Source of the DNA: an uncultured Alphaproteobacteria bacterium
GTDB taxonomy: Bacteria; Pseudomonadota; Alphaproteobacteria; RF32; CAG-239
Direction of reading: 5' to 3'
DNA length: 64,000 nucleotides
Assembly: GCA_944392315.1 (NCBI GenBank)
Contig: CALXWH010000008.1
Location: 8,549 to 72,548, forward strand
Shown: positions 37,793 to 46,672 of the stretch, one piece after another
How the letters are laid out: each line of letters opens with the position of its first letter
How positions within the stretch are numbered: position 1 is the stretch's first letter
Notes under the pieces: model-generated
Seen by the model: the letters and a program-made list of their open reading frames with translations, nothing else
What the model was told of the DNA's origin: nothing
Databases searched by the model: none
Program-made: the position numbers and the translations under genes

Positions 37793-38872
37793 ATGACTGA
37801 AATTAAAAAAATCGGTATTTTAACAAGTGGCGGCGATTGCGCCGGTCTTAATGCTGTGGTTATGTCTGTGGTTAATTCTGCTGCAAAACTCGGATGGGAA
37901 GTTTATGGTATTCATAATGGTACAGACGGTGTTACAGAATCTCCTTTGTCTTATGAAATCTTAACGGAAAGAAACTTCTCTGATACACCATGGCCACGTT
38001 TAGCTGGTTCTTACCTCGGTTCTTTGAATAAAGGTGTTAAAATGGAATCTCAGGCTGAAATTTCTAAACGTTTCGGTAAAGGTGTGGCTGAGTTAGGTTT
38101 GGATGCTATCGTGGTTGTTGGCGGTGACGGAAGTATGAATATTGTTAGCAACTATTGCCATAATGCCGGTGTTAAAATGGTTGGTATTCCGAAAACGATT
38201 GATAACGATACTCCATTAACACAATATTCAGTTGGTTTTGATTCTGCTTGTCAGGTTTGCACAAATGCTGTTGATGCTTTATGGAAAACCGCTCGTTCTC
38301 ACCAACGTGCGCTGATTTTGGAAGTTATGGGACGTGATGCCGGCCATTTGGCTATGCGCTCTGCTGTTGCAGGATTTGCAGATGTTTGTTTGGTTCCGGA
38401 AATTCCTTATACTGTTGATGGTATTATCAATAAATTAAAGAGCATTAAGGCCAAGGGGCGTAATCACGCTGTTATTGTTGTTTCTGAAGGTGTTCACACC
38501 GAGACGGGTGAAATGGTTTCTAATACCAAGAATCTGATTGGTGAAAAAATTAATGGCGGAATTGGTGAATATTTGAGCGCAGCTATTAATGCTAAATATT
38601 CTGAATTCCAAACTCGTGTTACAAAATTAGGCCATGTTCAACGTGCCGGTGATCCGACTGCTTTTGACAGAGCTTTGGCTTGTGCTTTCGGTGCAAAGGC
38701 TGTTGAATTGTTGAAGGCTGGTCATACGGATGTTATGGTTGCTCTTAATGGGGATAAATTAGTAACATACTCTTTGGAGGAAGTTGTTGCTGAAGGTACG
38801 ACATTGTTGAATAAAGACAGTGTATATGTTAAAGCTGCTGTTGATATGGGAATGTATGTCGGCGAAATCTAA
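37793..38872 (+). CDS. pfkA: ATP-dependent 6-phosphofructokinase
   Basis: IGILTSGGDCAGLNAV, VVGGDGS (Gly-type, suggesting ATP dependence), PKTIDND, MGRDAGHLA. ATG at 37793 lies within the ORF that opens at 37778. Confidence 0.9.
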   Translation: MTEIKKIGILTSGGDCAGLNAVVMSVVNSAAKLGWEVYGIHNGTDGVTESPLSYEILTERNFSDTPWPRLAGSYLGSLNKGVKMESQAEISKRFGKGVAELGLDAIVVVGGDGSMNIVSNYCHNAGVKMVGIPKTIDNDTPLTQYSVGFDSACQVCTNAVDALWKTARSHQRALILEVMGRDAGHLAMRSAVAGFADVCLVPEIPYTVDGIINKLKSIKAKGRNHAVIVVSEGVHTETGEMVSNTKNLIGEKINGGIGEYLSAAINAKYSEFQTRVTKLGHVQRAGDPTAFDRALACAFGAKAVELLKAGHTDVMVALNGDKLVTYSLEEVVAEGTTLLNKDSVYVKAAVDMGMYVGEI

Positions 38873-38894
38873 TTGATTATATCTTAAAATTATA

Positions 38895-38924
38895 GGGCGG
38901 CAGTTTTGATTGTCGCCCTTTTTT
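38895..38924 (+). terminator. intrinsic terminator between convergent pfkA and yejB
   Basis: gggcggca-gttttgat-tgtcgccc hairpin followed by T6. Confidence 0.75.
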
Positions 38925-38938
38925 ATGGAAAATTAAAA

Positions 38939-40003
38939 TTAGATTTTTTCAAAGTTTACGCGGGGGTCAACCAGTGAATAGGTTAGGTCGCTGATTAATT
39001 TTAATATCAATCCTAAAAGTGCAAAAATGTACAATGTTCCAAATACAACTGGATAATCTCTGGTCATTATTGCTTCATAGCCTAAAAGCCCCATTCCATT
39101 TAGGCTGAAAATAATTTCTATCAATAAAGAGCCGGTAAAAAGAATTTTCATTAATAATCCGGGAAGTCCTGCTATTATTATCATCATAGCATTGCGAAAA
39201 ACATGATGGTATAAAATGCGGTGCTCGGATAATCCTTTGGCTCTGGCGGTTAAAACGTATTGTTTACTTAGTTCATCCATAAAAGAGTTTTTTGTGAGCA
39301 TGGTTAATGAGGCAATTCCACCAATGACGATGCAGATAGTCGGGAGTGCCAAATGCCAGAAATAATCGCCTATTTTGTGCCAAAAACTGAAAGTTTCCCA
39401 TCCGTCTGAAGTTAAGCCTTTTAAGGGGAATATTTGGAAGTATGTTCCTCCTGCAAAAAGTACAATCAAAAGTACGGCAAACAGAAAAACAGGTATGGCT
39501 GAGCCGATAAAAATGATAAAAGAACTGACTACGTCAAATTCTTCACCATCTTTACGGGCTTTTTTTATTCCCAACGGTATGGCAATCAGATAAATGATTA
39601 GTGTTGACCAAAGTCCTAATGATATGGACACAGGAAGGCGTTCTTTGATGAGCTCTAAAACTGTTTTATCTTTGTAATAGCTCTTGCCAAAGTCAAAGCA
39701 AATATAGTCTTTCAGCATTTTGATGAAGCGCTCGTGTACTGGTTTATCAAAACCAAATTGCTTTTCTAATTCTTTCACTAAATCATCAGGGACTCCTTTG
39801 GCACCTTGGTATTTCTGCTCATTTAAGTTTGGCATGCCGGCGTTTATGTTTCCGGTTGCGCTTGTATTCATCCCTTTATATTGCGCAAGCATATATTCAA
39901 CAGGGCCTCCAGGGGCTAATTGTATGATGGCGAAGTTAATGAGCAGTATGCCAAATAAGGTTACAGGTATCAATAAAAGTCTTTTGATGATGTAATTACG
40001 CAT
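38939..40003 (-). CDS. yejB: ABC transporter permease, YejB (microcin C/oligopeptide type)
   Basis: 354 aa. MRNYIIKRLLLIPVTLFGILLINFAIIQLAPGGP N-terminus and an EAA-like loop (LTARAKGLSEHRILYHHVFRNA). Confidence 0.85.
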   Translation of the reverse strand: MRNYIIKRLLLIPVTLFGILLINFAIIQLAPGGPVEYMLAQYKGMNTSATGNINAGMPNLNEQKYQGAKGVPDDLVKELEKQFGFDKPVHERFIKMLKDYICFDFGKSYYKDKTVLELIKERLPVSISLGLWSTLIIYLIAIPLGIKKARKDGEEFDVVSSFIIFIGSAIPVFLFAVLLIVLFAGGTYFQIFPLKGLTSDGWETFSFWHKIGDYFWHLALPTICIVIGGIASLTMLTKNSFMDELSKQYVLTARAKGLSEHRILYHHVFRNAMMIIIAGLPGLLMKILFTGSLLIEIIFSLNGMGLLGYEAIMTRDYPVVFGTLYIFALLGLILKLISDLTYSLVDPRVNFEKI

Positions 40004-40007
40004 TTAT

Positions 40008-41855
40008 TTAATCCTTTTGCCACCATGTGTTTATGTCAACGCCAAGGTTTTGATTGTTTTGAGGAAAAGCAAATTTATCCCAATAAGCTATACGATCTGA
40101 GTCTGAGTACCAGTTGAAAATGACGTAGTGGTTAAATAAAAGGACGCGATCCAGTGCCTTGACATAAGCCGTATAAAGTTCATTATTTTCTGTTTCTATC
40201 AGTTTGCTAATCAGGTAATCTACAGCCGGATTTTTTATACCGATTATATTGTTGCTGCCTTTGGTATCTGCAGAAAGGCTGCCCCACAAATCTTTTTGCT
40301 CTGTTCCGGGCATATATATTCCGCCGAAACCTCCCACAATTATATCAAAGTCAAAGTTGTCTAGTTTGTTTTTGTAGGTATTAATTTCTAATACACGTGT
40401 GGAGGCTTTGATTCCTATTTTGCGGAGATTTTCTATAAATGGCAGAAGAACTCTTGTGAAAGAATTGCCATTTGCGGAGTTTATGATGATTTCAAACTCT
40501 AAGGGTTCTCCTGTTTTTAAATTGCACATTTTTTCATTGATGAAATCATATCCGGCTTCATTTAAGAGCTTTATGGCTAATTTTAAATTCTCTCGGTCGG
40601 ATAGAGAATCGTTACGAAAGATATTTTCTACAGGTGTTGTCAAAATGCCTTGCGGGAGTTGATCTTGAATGGATTTTAGAATTTCTAGCTCTAAGCCCTC
40701 CGGTAAACCGGTTGCGGCAAAGTGAGTATTTGCAAAGTAGCTCCTTAACCTCTCGTATTGATTGTAAAAAAGATTTTTATTTGCCCATGGAAAGTTGAAT
40801 GCAAAATCTATGGCTTGTCTGACGCGGGCATCTTTGAATTTTTCTTTACGGGTATTGAAAGCGAAAAATTGCGTCGTAGCCGGCCGATTATGCTTGATGG
40901 CTTGTTTTTTTATTTTTCCGGTTTTTATGAGGTCATTGTCATGTCCGGTGGCCCAAGATTTTGCGATGTATTCATAGCGGACGTCAATGTTTCCGGCAAA
41001 AAGAGCTTGTAATGTTACGGTTGTATCTTGGTAGTAATCATATTTTATTTTGTCAAAGTTATAAAAACCTTTGCGGGTTGGTAAATCTTTTGCCCAATAA
41101 TTTTTATCTCTTTCAAAGACGATATAGCGCCCGGCTTCAAACTTTTTTATTTTGTATGGGCCGTTGCCAAGAAAAGGCGTTAAGGTTGGTTTGTCATATT
41201 CTCTGTTGTTAAAATCTTTAGCAGAAAAAATTTTTAAAGAACTTATAATTAGCGGTAGTTCGCGGTTTTTTGTGTTTGGTTTAAAATAAAAGCGAACATG
41301 GCGTGGGGTTATTTTTTCAACTCGGTCAATGTCTGCGTAGTAGAATCTGTATACCGGAGAGCCTTTGGTGATTAGAGCATTGAAGCTAAAAACGACATCG
41401 TCTGCCGTTATTGGTTCGCCATTGCTGAATTTTGCTTGAGGATTGATAAAAAAGCCGATGAAACTTTTATCCGATGGTAGTTCAAATTTTTCTGCAATCA
41501 GAGGATAGACTGTCTCTATATCATCAGCGGGGGAATAGCCTAAACTGTCTAATGTCAAGGCTACGGCTTCTGTTGAGGCTGTGCCCTTAAAAATATAAGG
41601 ATTAAAGTTATCAAAAGTGCCATAGGCCGGTAATACTATTCGGCCTTTTTTCGGGGCATCTGGATTGACAAAGTCAAAATTTGTGAAGCCTTTAGGATAT
41701 CGTGGAGAATCGTTTAAGGACATATAATCTTGAATATTTATTTGAGGTGGGGGAGGAGGCAAAGTGTCTACTTTTTCATTACAAATTGCAGTTTTGCAGA
41801 ATATTGTAGCGCTCAACCCTATAATAATTAGGTACTTATTTATTGTTTTTATCAT
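40008..41855 (-). CDS. yejA: ABC transporter periplasmic substrate-binding protein, family 5 (YejA-like)
   Basis: 615 aa with a signal peptide. SBP_bac_5-like sequence throughout (e.g. NGEPITADDVVFSF, GNGPYKIKKFEAGRYIVFERDKNYW). Confidence 0.8.
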   Translation of the reverse strand: MIKTINKYLIIIGLSATIFCKTAICNEKVDTLPPPPPQINIQDYMSLNDSPRYPKGFTNFDFVNPDAPKKGRIVLPAYGTFDNFNPYIFKGTASTEAVALTLDSLGYSPADDIETVYPLIAEKFELPSDKSFIGFFINPQAKFSNGEPITADDVVFSFNALITKGSPVYRFYYADIDRVEKITPRHVRFYFKPNTKNRELPLIISSLKIFSAKDFNNREYDKPTLTPFLGNGPYKIKKFEAGRYIVFERDKNYWAKDLPTRKGFYNFDKIKYDYYQDTTVTLQALFAGNIDVRYEYIAKSWATGHDNDLIKTGKIKKQAIKHNRPATTQFFAFNTRKEKFKDARVRQAIDFAFNFPWANKNLFYNQYERLRSYFANTHFAATGLPEGLELEILKSIQDQLPQGILTTPVENIFRNDSLSDRENLKLAIKLLNEAGYDFINEKMCNLKTGEPLEFEIIINSANGNSFTRVLLPFIENLRKIGIKASTRVLEINTYKNKLDNFDFDIIVGGFGGIYMPGTEQKDLWGSLSADTKGSNNIIGIKNPAVDYLISKLIETENNELYTAYVKALDRVLLFNHYVIFNWYSDSDRIAYWDKFAFPQNNQNLGVDINTWWQKD

Positions 41856-43023
41856 CTATCCAAGCCCCAAAAGGATAAGCGTAGTCGTCGTAGTTATTGT
41901 CCGGAGAAGCTTCTATTTCTTTTTCTATCTCATCTAGAGAGATAATTTTTTTTGCTTTTTTAGGTGATTGTTTTTTGTTTGTGTTATGGTCAAAACTTGG
42001 TTCGGTTTTTAAATTGCGCAAAGCATTTTGCGTGTGTGCAAAGGATTTTATTATTTCCGGTTTCTTTTCTTGATCTTTTGATGATAATAATTCTTCACGT
42101 ATGGCCTGCATTCCCGCGTCTATATCGGCTGGTTGCGCTTTGTTTATCTGCGTTTCTGTTGTATTGGTGCGTTCTGCAGAACGTTTATTTTGAGCTACAT
42201 TCATACGATTTGGCTTAGTATTTTCCGTACGCGTTAAAAAAGATGGAAAATTGTCACTTGTTTCTTCAGTTAAGCTGAATTCTTTTGTTGGTTGTGGTGC
42301 TGTTGTTGCTTTCTTTTCTATGGTTGAATTTTCATTTGTCCTTTTTAATTTTTCAGCAATGGGTATAATGATATTATACACTTTCCCAAAAGCGCCATAT
42401 TCTATCATGTTATAGAAAATTCTTTCTCTGTCGTGCATTTCCAGAAGTTGGTATAAACTTTTGGTTCTGGCTTCAAATTCAAGGATGCTCCCTTTGAGCA
42501 AGGGGTCCTTTTGTGCCTTTTCAAACAAATGCTCGGTAAAGCCTATTTGAAAATTGTAGGTTTCTATGAAGGTTTTTGCAATTAACCAGCGTTCTCCACC
42601 GGCTGTTCTGGTCCATAGATGCTCCATCTGTGCACTAGAGATTGAATTACTGCGTTTTATGATATCAGATAGGATTTCATTGCAGTCTGCAATTAAACTG
42701 TTTAGTTCTCTCAACATAAAACTGCTTTTTATTTCTTTTTCTAGCGCAATCAGAGCACAATTTAAAGCGTTTGTTGTTTCTGTATTTTTATTCAACTGTT
42801 CGGTAATTCTTAAGTTTTGCAAGCGAATATCTTTTTGTTCTTGTATGCTTTTTACGATTGCAAATATTCCCCAGATTATTCCGATTGGAAAGGCTAGAGC
42901 AAATGTTATTTGGTAAAAAGTTTCCGGCGTGTTCGTTATGTTTTGCAGATTGATGCTTTTCAATCCGTATAAGAACCACAAAATGCTTGAAAAAGCAGCT
43001 ATGAAAAACGACATATTCAACAC
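41836..43023 (-). CDS. hypothetical membrane-anchored protein
   Basis: 395 aa. Two N-terminal TM helices, a helical cytoplasmic domain and a low-complexity basic C-terminal third. Overlaps the yejA start by 20 nt. Confidence 0.5.
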   Translation of the reverse strand: MLNMSFFIAAFSSILWFLYGLKSINLQNITNTPETFYQITFALAFPIGIIWGIFAIVKSIQEQKDIRLQNLRITEQLNKNTETTNALNCALIALEKEIKSSFMLRELNSLIADCNEILSDIIKRSNSISSAQMEHLWTRTAGGERWLIAKTFIETYNFQIGFTEHLFEKAQKDPLLKGSILEFEARTKSLYQLLEMHDRERIFYNMIEYGAFGKVYNIIIPIAEKLKRTNENSTIEKKATTAPQPTKEFSLTEETSDNFPSFLTRTENTKPNRMNVAQNKRSAERTNTTETQINKAQPADIDAGMQAIREELLSSKDQEKKPEIIKSFAHTQNALRNLKTEPSFDHNTNKKQSPKKAKKIISLDEIEKEIEASPDNNYDDYAYPFGAWIDDKNNK

Positions 43024-43212
43024 GTGATTACTCCCTTTTGATTTTTAGTTATTGTATCGTTTATGCTATATTTTGCAATTAAAAAATATACAGAATACCT
43101 ATGTTTTTGTGTATATTTAAGTGGCTTTGTGGTATATATGCAAAAAATATGATGAAATTTTTTTATTTTGTGGTATAGAGGGGTTAAGGTTTAATTTGTA
43201 AAGGTATAAAAA

Positions 43213-44187
43213 ATGAATGAATCTACAGCTGTTGTGCTTGATTTTGAAAAGGATATTTTAGACATTGAAGAAAAAATAGAGCACCTTAAACTTCTGGCAA
43301 AAGATGAAGATATGGATATTACCAGAGAAATAAGACGCTTGGAGCGTAAACTCGGACAACATATCAATCGTACATATATGAATTTGTCGGCTTGGCAAAA
43401 GGCTCAAATTGCCAGACATCCCGGAAGACCGCACTGTTTAGATTATATTAAGGCTTTTGTTGACGATTTTACTCTATTGGCAGGAGACAGATGTTTTGCT
43501 GATGACGAAGCCATGGTTTGTGGTATCGGGAAAATTGATGGGCACGCTGTTGTTGTTATGGGACAGGAAAAGGGTAATGACCTTGAGACCAGAATTAAGT
43601 ATAATTTTGGTATGGCAAAGCCTGAAGGATATCGTAAAGCTCAGAGAATGATGGATTTAGCTGATAAGTTTCATTTGCCGGTTATTAGCTTTGTTGATAC
43701 GGCAGGGGCTTATCCTGGGGTTGATGCGGAGGCTCGTGGTCAGGCTGAGGCTATTGCAACTTCTATTGAAAAGAGTTTACAAATCAAAACGCCGATTATT
43801 TCTGTTATCATTGGAGAAGGTGGTTCGGGCGGAGCTATTGCTATTGCTACGGCGAATCGTGTTTTGATGTTGGAACATTCTATTTATTCCGTTATTTCTC
43901 CGGAAGGATGTGCTTCTATTTTGTGGCGTTCTAGTGATAAGACAAAAGAAGCTACGGAAGCTCTTCGCTTGACTGCTCAAGATTTGAAGGCTTTGGGGAT
44001 TATTGATGAGATTATTAAAGAGCCGATGGGAGGCGCTCATCGCAATCCGCAGCAGGCTATGCAAGCTGTTAAAGATGTTATTTTGAAGCACCTCAGAGAA
44101 TTAGAAAATGTTTCTCCGGATGATTTGAAAAAGCAACGTACAGAGAAATTCTTAAATATGGGTAGACATATTACCGCTGAATTTTAG
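43213..44187 (+). CDS. accA: acetyl-CoA carboxylase carboxyltransferase subunit alpha
   Basis: ARHPGRPH..DGHAVVVMGQEKG..FVDTAGAYPG..GEGGSGGA motifs. Confidence 0.95.
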   Translation: MNESTAVVLDFEKDILDIEEKIEHLKLLAKDEDMDITREIRRLERKLGQHINRTYMNLSAWQKAQIARHPGRPHCLDYIKAFVDDFTLLAGDRCFADDEAMVCGIGKIDGHAVVVMGQEKGNDLETRIKYNFGMAKPEGYRKAQRMMDLADKFHLPVISFVDTAGAYPGVDAEARGQAEAIATSIEKSLQIKTPIISVIIGEGGSGGAIAIATANRVLMLEHSIYSVISPEGCASILWRSSDKTKEATEALRLTAQDLKALGIIDEIIKEPMGGAHRNPQQAMQAVKDVILKHLRELENVSPDDLKKQRTEKFLNMGRHITAEF

Positions 44188-44194
44188 ATATTAA

Positions 44195-44220
44195 GGGCAG
44201 GATTAACTGCCCTTTTGTTT
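44195..44220 (+). terminator. intrinsic terminator after accA
   Basis: gggcag-gattaa-ctgccc hairpin followed by TTTT. Confidence 0.7.
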
Positions 44221-44360
44221 AGCTTTAATTTTCTTAAATACAGATTATTTCCTCCAGTGTCCATATGGTAGTGGACAGGTTCGTTAGAGATTTCTGATGA
44301 AATCTTAAACTGAACAAAACGCACGTTTGTGTGATTAATCATTTAATTTTGGAGGTAAAT

Positions 44361-44522
44361 ATGAGAGATTCTCAATCTAAATTTTCTAAGGATAAATCAC
44401 AATCCGGTTCTTGTTCTAAACCTTCTTCAAATACAGCTTCTGCTTCTGGCTGCCATTGTGGCTCTAAACAAGCTGGTGCTGAAGTTGAAGAGATGGATAT
44501 TATTGAAATGGAAGAAAAATAG
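44361..44522 (+). CDS. small Ser/Cys-rich hypothetical protein co-transcribed with hsp20
   Basis: 53 aa from ATG 44361, which follows GGAGG at 44351-44355: MRDSQSKFSKDKSQSGSCSKPSSNTASASGCHCGSKQAGAEVEEMDIIEMEEK. Ends 11 nt upstream of hsp20. Confidence 0.4.
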   Translation: MRDSQSKFSKDKSQSGSCSKPSSNTASASGCHCGSKQAGAEVEEMDIIEMEEK

Positions 44523-44533
44523 TTGGGAGAGTT

Positions 44534-45004
44534 ATGATGAGAAATACGGTTGCAAATGTTAATCAAAATAATCATGATTTGTCCGTTTCTCACAATCCTA
44601 CTGATTTCAGAAGCCTGATGAATTATTTTTGGAACTTTATGGATAGTTCTAATGCCGATTTTACGGAATTGTCACCGAAAATTCAGGTTACTGAAGATAA
44701 AGATGCTGTTAAGATCACGGCGGAAATTCCGGGAATTGATGAAAGCGATATTGATTTGAAGGTGTCTGCTGATGGAATGCTCAGCATTGGAGGTGAGAAA
44801 AAGAATAAGTCTGAAGAAAGTACCAAAGATAATTATTTTTCTGAAATCTCGTATGGTACATTCAAGCGTACCATACAACTTCCTTGGGATTTGGATTATG
44901 AGGCGACAACTGCCAAATATGCAAATGGTGTGTTGACGGTTTCTATTCCGAAATCTCAAAATGAAAAGCAAAAGTTTAAAAAGATTAGTGTGGCTAAATC
45001 TTGA
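44534..45004 (+). CDS. Hsp20/alpha-crystallin family small heat-shock protein
   Basis: Alpha-crystallin domain: PKIQVTEDKDAVKITAEIPGIDESDIDLKV..FKRTIQLPWDLD..AKYANGVLTVSIPK. Confidence 0.9.
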   Translation: MMRNTVANVNQNNHDLSVSHNPTDFRSLMNYFWNFMDSSNADFTELSPKIQVTEDKDAVKITAEIPGIDESDIDLKVSADGMLSIGGEKKNKSEESTKDNYFSEISYGTFKRTIQLPWDLDYEATTAKYANGVLTVSIPKSQNEKQKFKKISVAKS

Positions 45005-45083
45005 GATTTAAACTTTTGATTTTGGAAGGGGTCGGCTGTTCTCTTTGAGAATGGCCGATTTTGTGTGGCGTAAAAAAGAAAAC

Positions 45084-45112
45084 TTGACAAAAAACTTGTT
45101 GTAATATATTAA
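45084..45112 (+). promoter_or_regulatory. sigma70-like promoter (TTGACA, 15-17 nt spacer, TATATT/TATTAA)
   Basis: Perfect -35 TTGACA at 45084-45089 and an AT-rich -10 candidate, TAATATATTAA, at 45103-45113. Precedes a ~140-nt leader before the ATG at 45257. Confidence 0.5.
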
Positions 45113-45256
45113 AATACTAGGTGGGGCAAGCGCCTGGTATGTCCGCTAAAGTGATACATTGCCGTTGTTTTTGTTTATATAGATTTCTTTTGAGATGACT
45201 TATTTATGCTTATCGGGCAGGCGTGTATGATAAGTTATCGGGAAAGGAATTTTTTA

Positions 45257-46645
45257 ATGTTTGATTATATTGACGTTTTTAAATTAGAAGCAAAATGTTT
45301 CTTAAAAGATTTTCGTAAAAAGCATCAAAAAGAAGTGGATTTGGCTGCTAAGTATTTTAGCGGTAAGTCTAATTTATCTCTCATGCAGGCTCAGCATATT
45401 ATTGCCAAAGAATATGGCTTTAACAGTTGGGATGATTTGATTTCTGCTGAAAAATGGAATTTGGCAGGGGCATTGAATGCAAAGCAAAATACACGTTTAA
45501 CTTCTCCTTTGAAAATATGGTATGGCAGTGATGAATATAATTACAGTACACCCGAGAGGTTTGGTATCAAAGGTCCTGCTGTTAGGGATGATTTAGACTT
45601 AGTTAATTATAGAGAAGTTCATTCGTATGGTGTTTCTTCTTATATCCACATTAATAATTATGATGTTTCTGAGGCTGATTTATCCGGTTTAGACGTTTCT
45701 AAGGCGACATTTGATGATTTTACAATTTGGCCTCAAGATAAAAGTAAGATGCCAAAAGACTTTAATCCGCAAGAATTTATGGAAAAACGCAAAAATCCAG
45801 GACTGGGTATTCGGCAGCTTCATAAACGGGGAATTGATGGCAGAGGACGCAATGTTGCTATTATTGATGCAAGTGTGTTAAGACCTCATTTGGAATATCG
45901 GGAGAGTTTGGCTGACTATATTAACCTGAAAGAAGGAGATTTATCGCGTGCACAGGCTAACGGTGGATGGGGTGTTTCTGTTATGGTGGGTAAAATATGT
46001 GGTATTGCGTCAAAAGCTAAGCTATACTATTTTGCCGTTGACTTTGTTAATAATGATTATTCTCAATATGCAAGAGCTCTTGATAGAGTTTGTGATTTGC
46101 ATCTCAAACTCAAATCTTTAGGGCAAAAAGGTATTGATGTTGTGGTGCTCAATAATTTATATGGTAATGGTGATTTAGGGGAAGCGTTGCAGCGAGCCAG
46201 AAGTCTCGGAATCTTTGTATGTATGCTTAGTTACGCATATTCTGAAGAACAACGTGCTCAGGGGCTGAAACATAAAACGAATCTGTTGTTTGAATTTCCT
46301 CATGCGGCTAATCTAACTGATGTGGAGTGTCGTATGTATGGTGATATTGATAATTCTGATGATTATGGGGGCCATAATAATCGCGTGTCTGATGAAAATT
46401 CATTGTGTGTGGTTGGGTATGGGCAGACTGTTGCTTGTCAATATACAATTGGTTCTTATTTGTTTAATGCGACTTCTACCTTGAGAACTTTTTGGCTAGG
46501 TGGTTTATATGTACTTGCTAAATGTGTTAAAGAAAATCTGACTTCAGAAGAATTTTTTAAAACGGCTTTTGATACCGGAGATTACCGAAAGGGAATCGGG
46601 GTTGTTATCAATCCACAGAAGTTAATTGCAGAATTATCTCAATAA
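45257..46645 (+). CDS. hypothetical protein: N-terminal helical domain plus a domain with a subtilase-like Asp box only
   Basis: ATG at 45257 follows gaaagga. The N-terminus, LSLMQAQHIIAKEYGFNSWDDL, is a motif seen at the N-terminus of diverse bacterial proteins. GRGRNVAIIDASV resembles the S8 Asp box, but no HGT or GTSMA motifs follow. Confidence 0.45.
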   Translation: MFDYIDVFKLEAKCFLKDFRKKHQKEVDLAAKYFSGKSNLSLMQAQHIIAKEYGFNSWDDLISAEKWNLAGALNAKQNTRLTSPLKIWYGSDEYNYSTPERFGIKGPAVRDDLDLVNYREVHSYGVSSYIHINNYDVSEADLSGLDVSKATFDDFTIWPQDKSKMPKDFNPQEFMEKRKNPGLGIRQLHKRGIDGRGRNVAIIDASVLRPHLEYRESLADYINLKEGDLSRAQANGGWGVSVMVGKICGIASKAKLYYFAVDFVNNDYSQYARALDRVCDLHLKLKSLGQKGIDVVVLNNLYGNGDLGEALQRARSLGIFVCMLSYAYSEEQRAQGLKHKTNLLFEFPHAANLTDVECRMYGDIDNSDDYGGHNNRVSDENSLCVVGYGQTVACQYTIGSYLFNATSTLRTFWLGGLYVLAKCVKENLTSEEFFKTAFDTGDYRKGIGVVINPQKLIAELSQ

Positions 46646-46672
46646 AAAAGAGGGAGAAATCCCTCTCTTTTA
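46644..46672. terminator. bidirectional terminator between convergent genes
   Basis: aaaaa-agaggga-gaaa-tccctct-ctttt. Confidence 0.7.
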
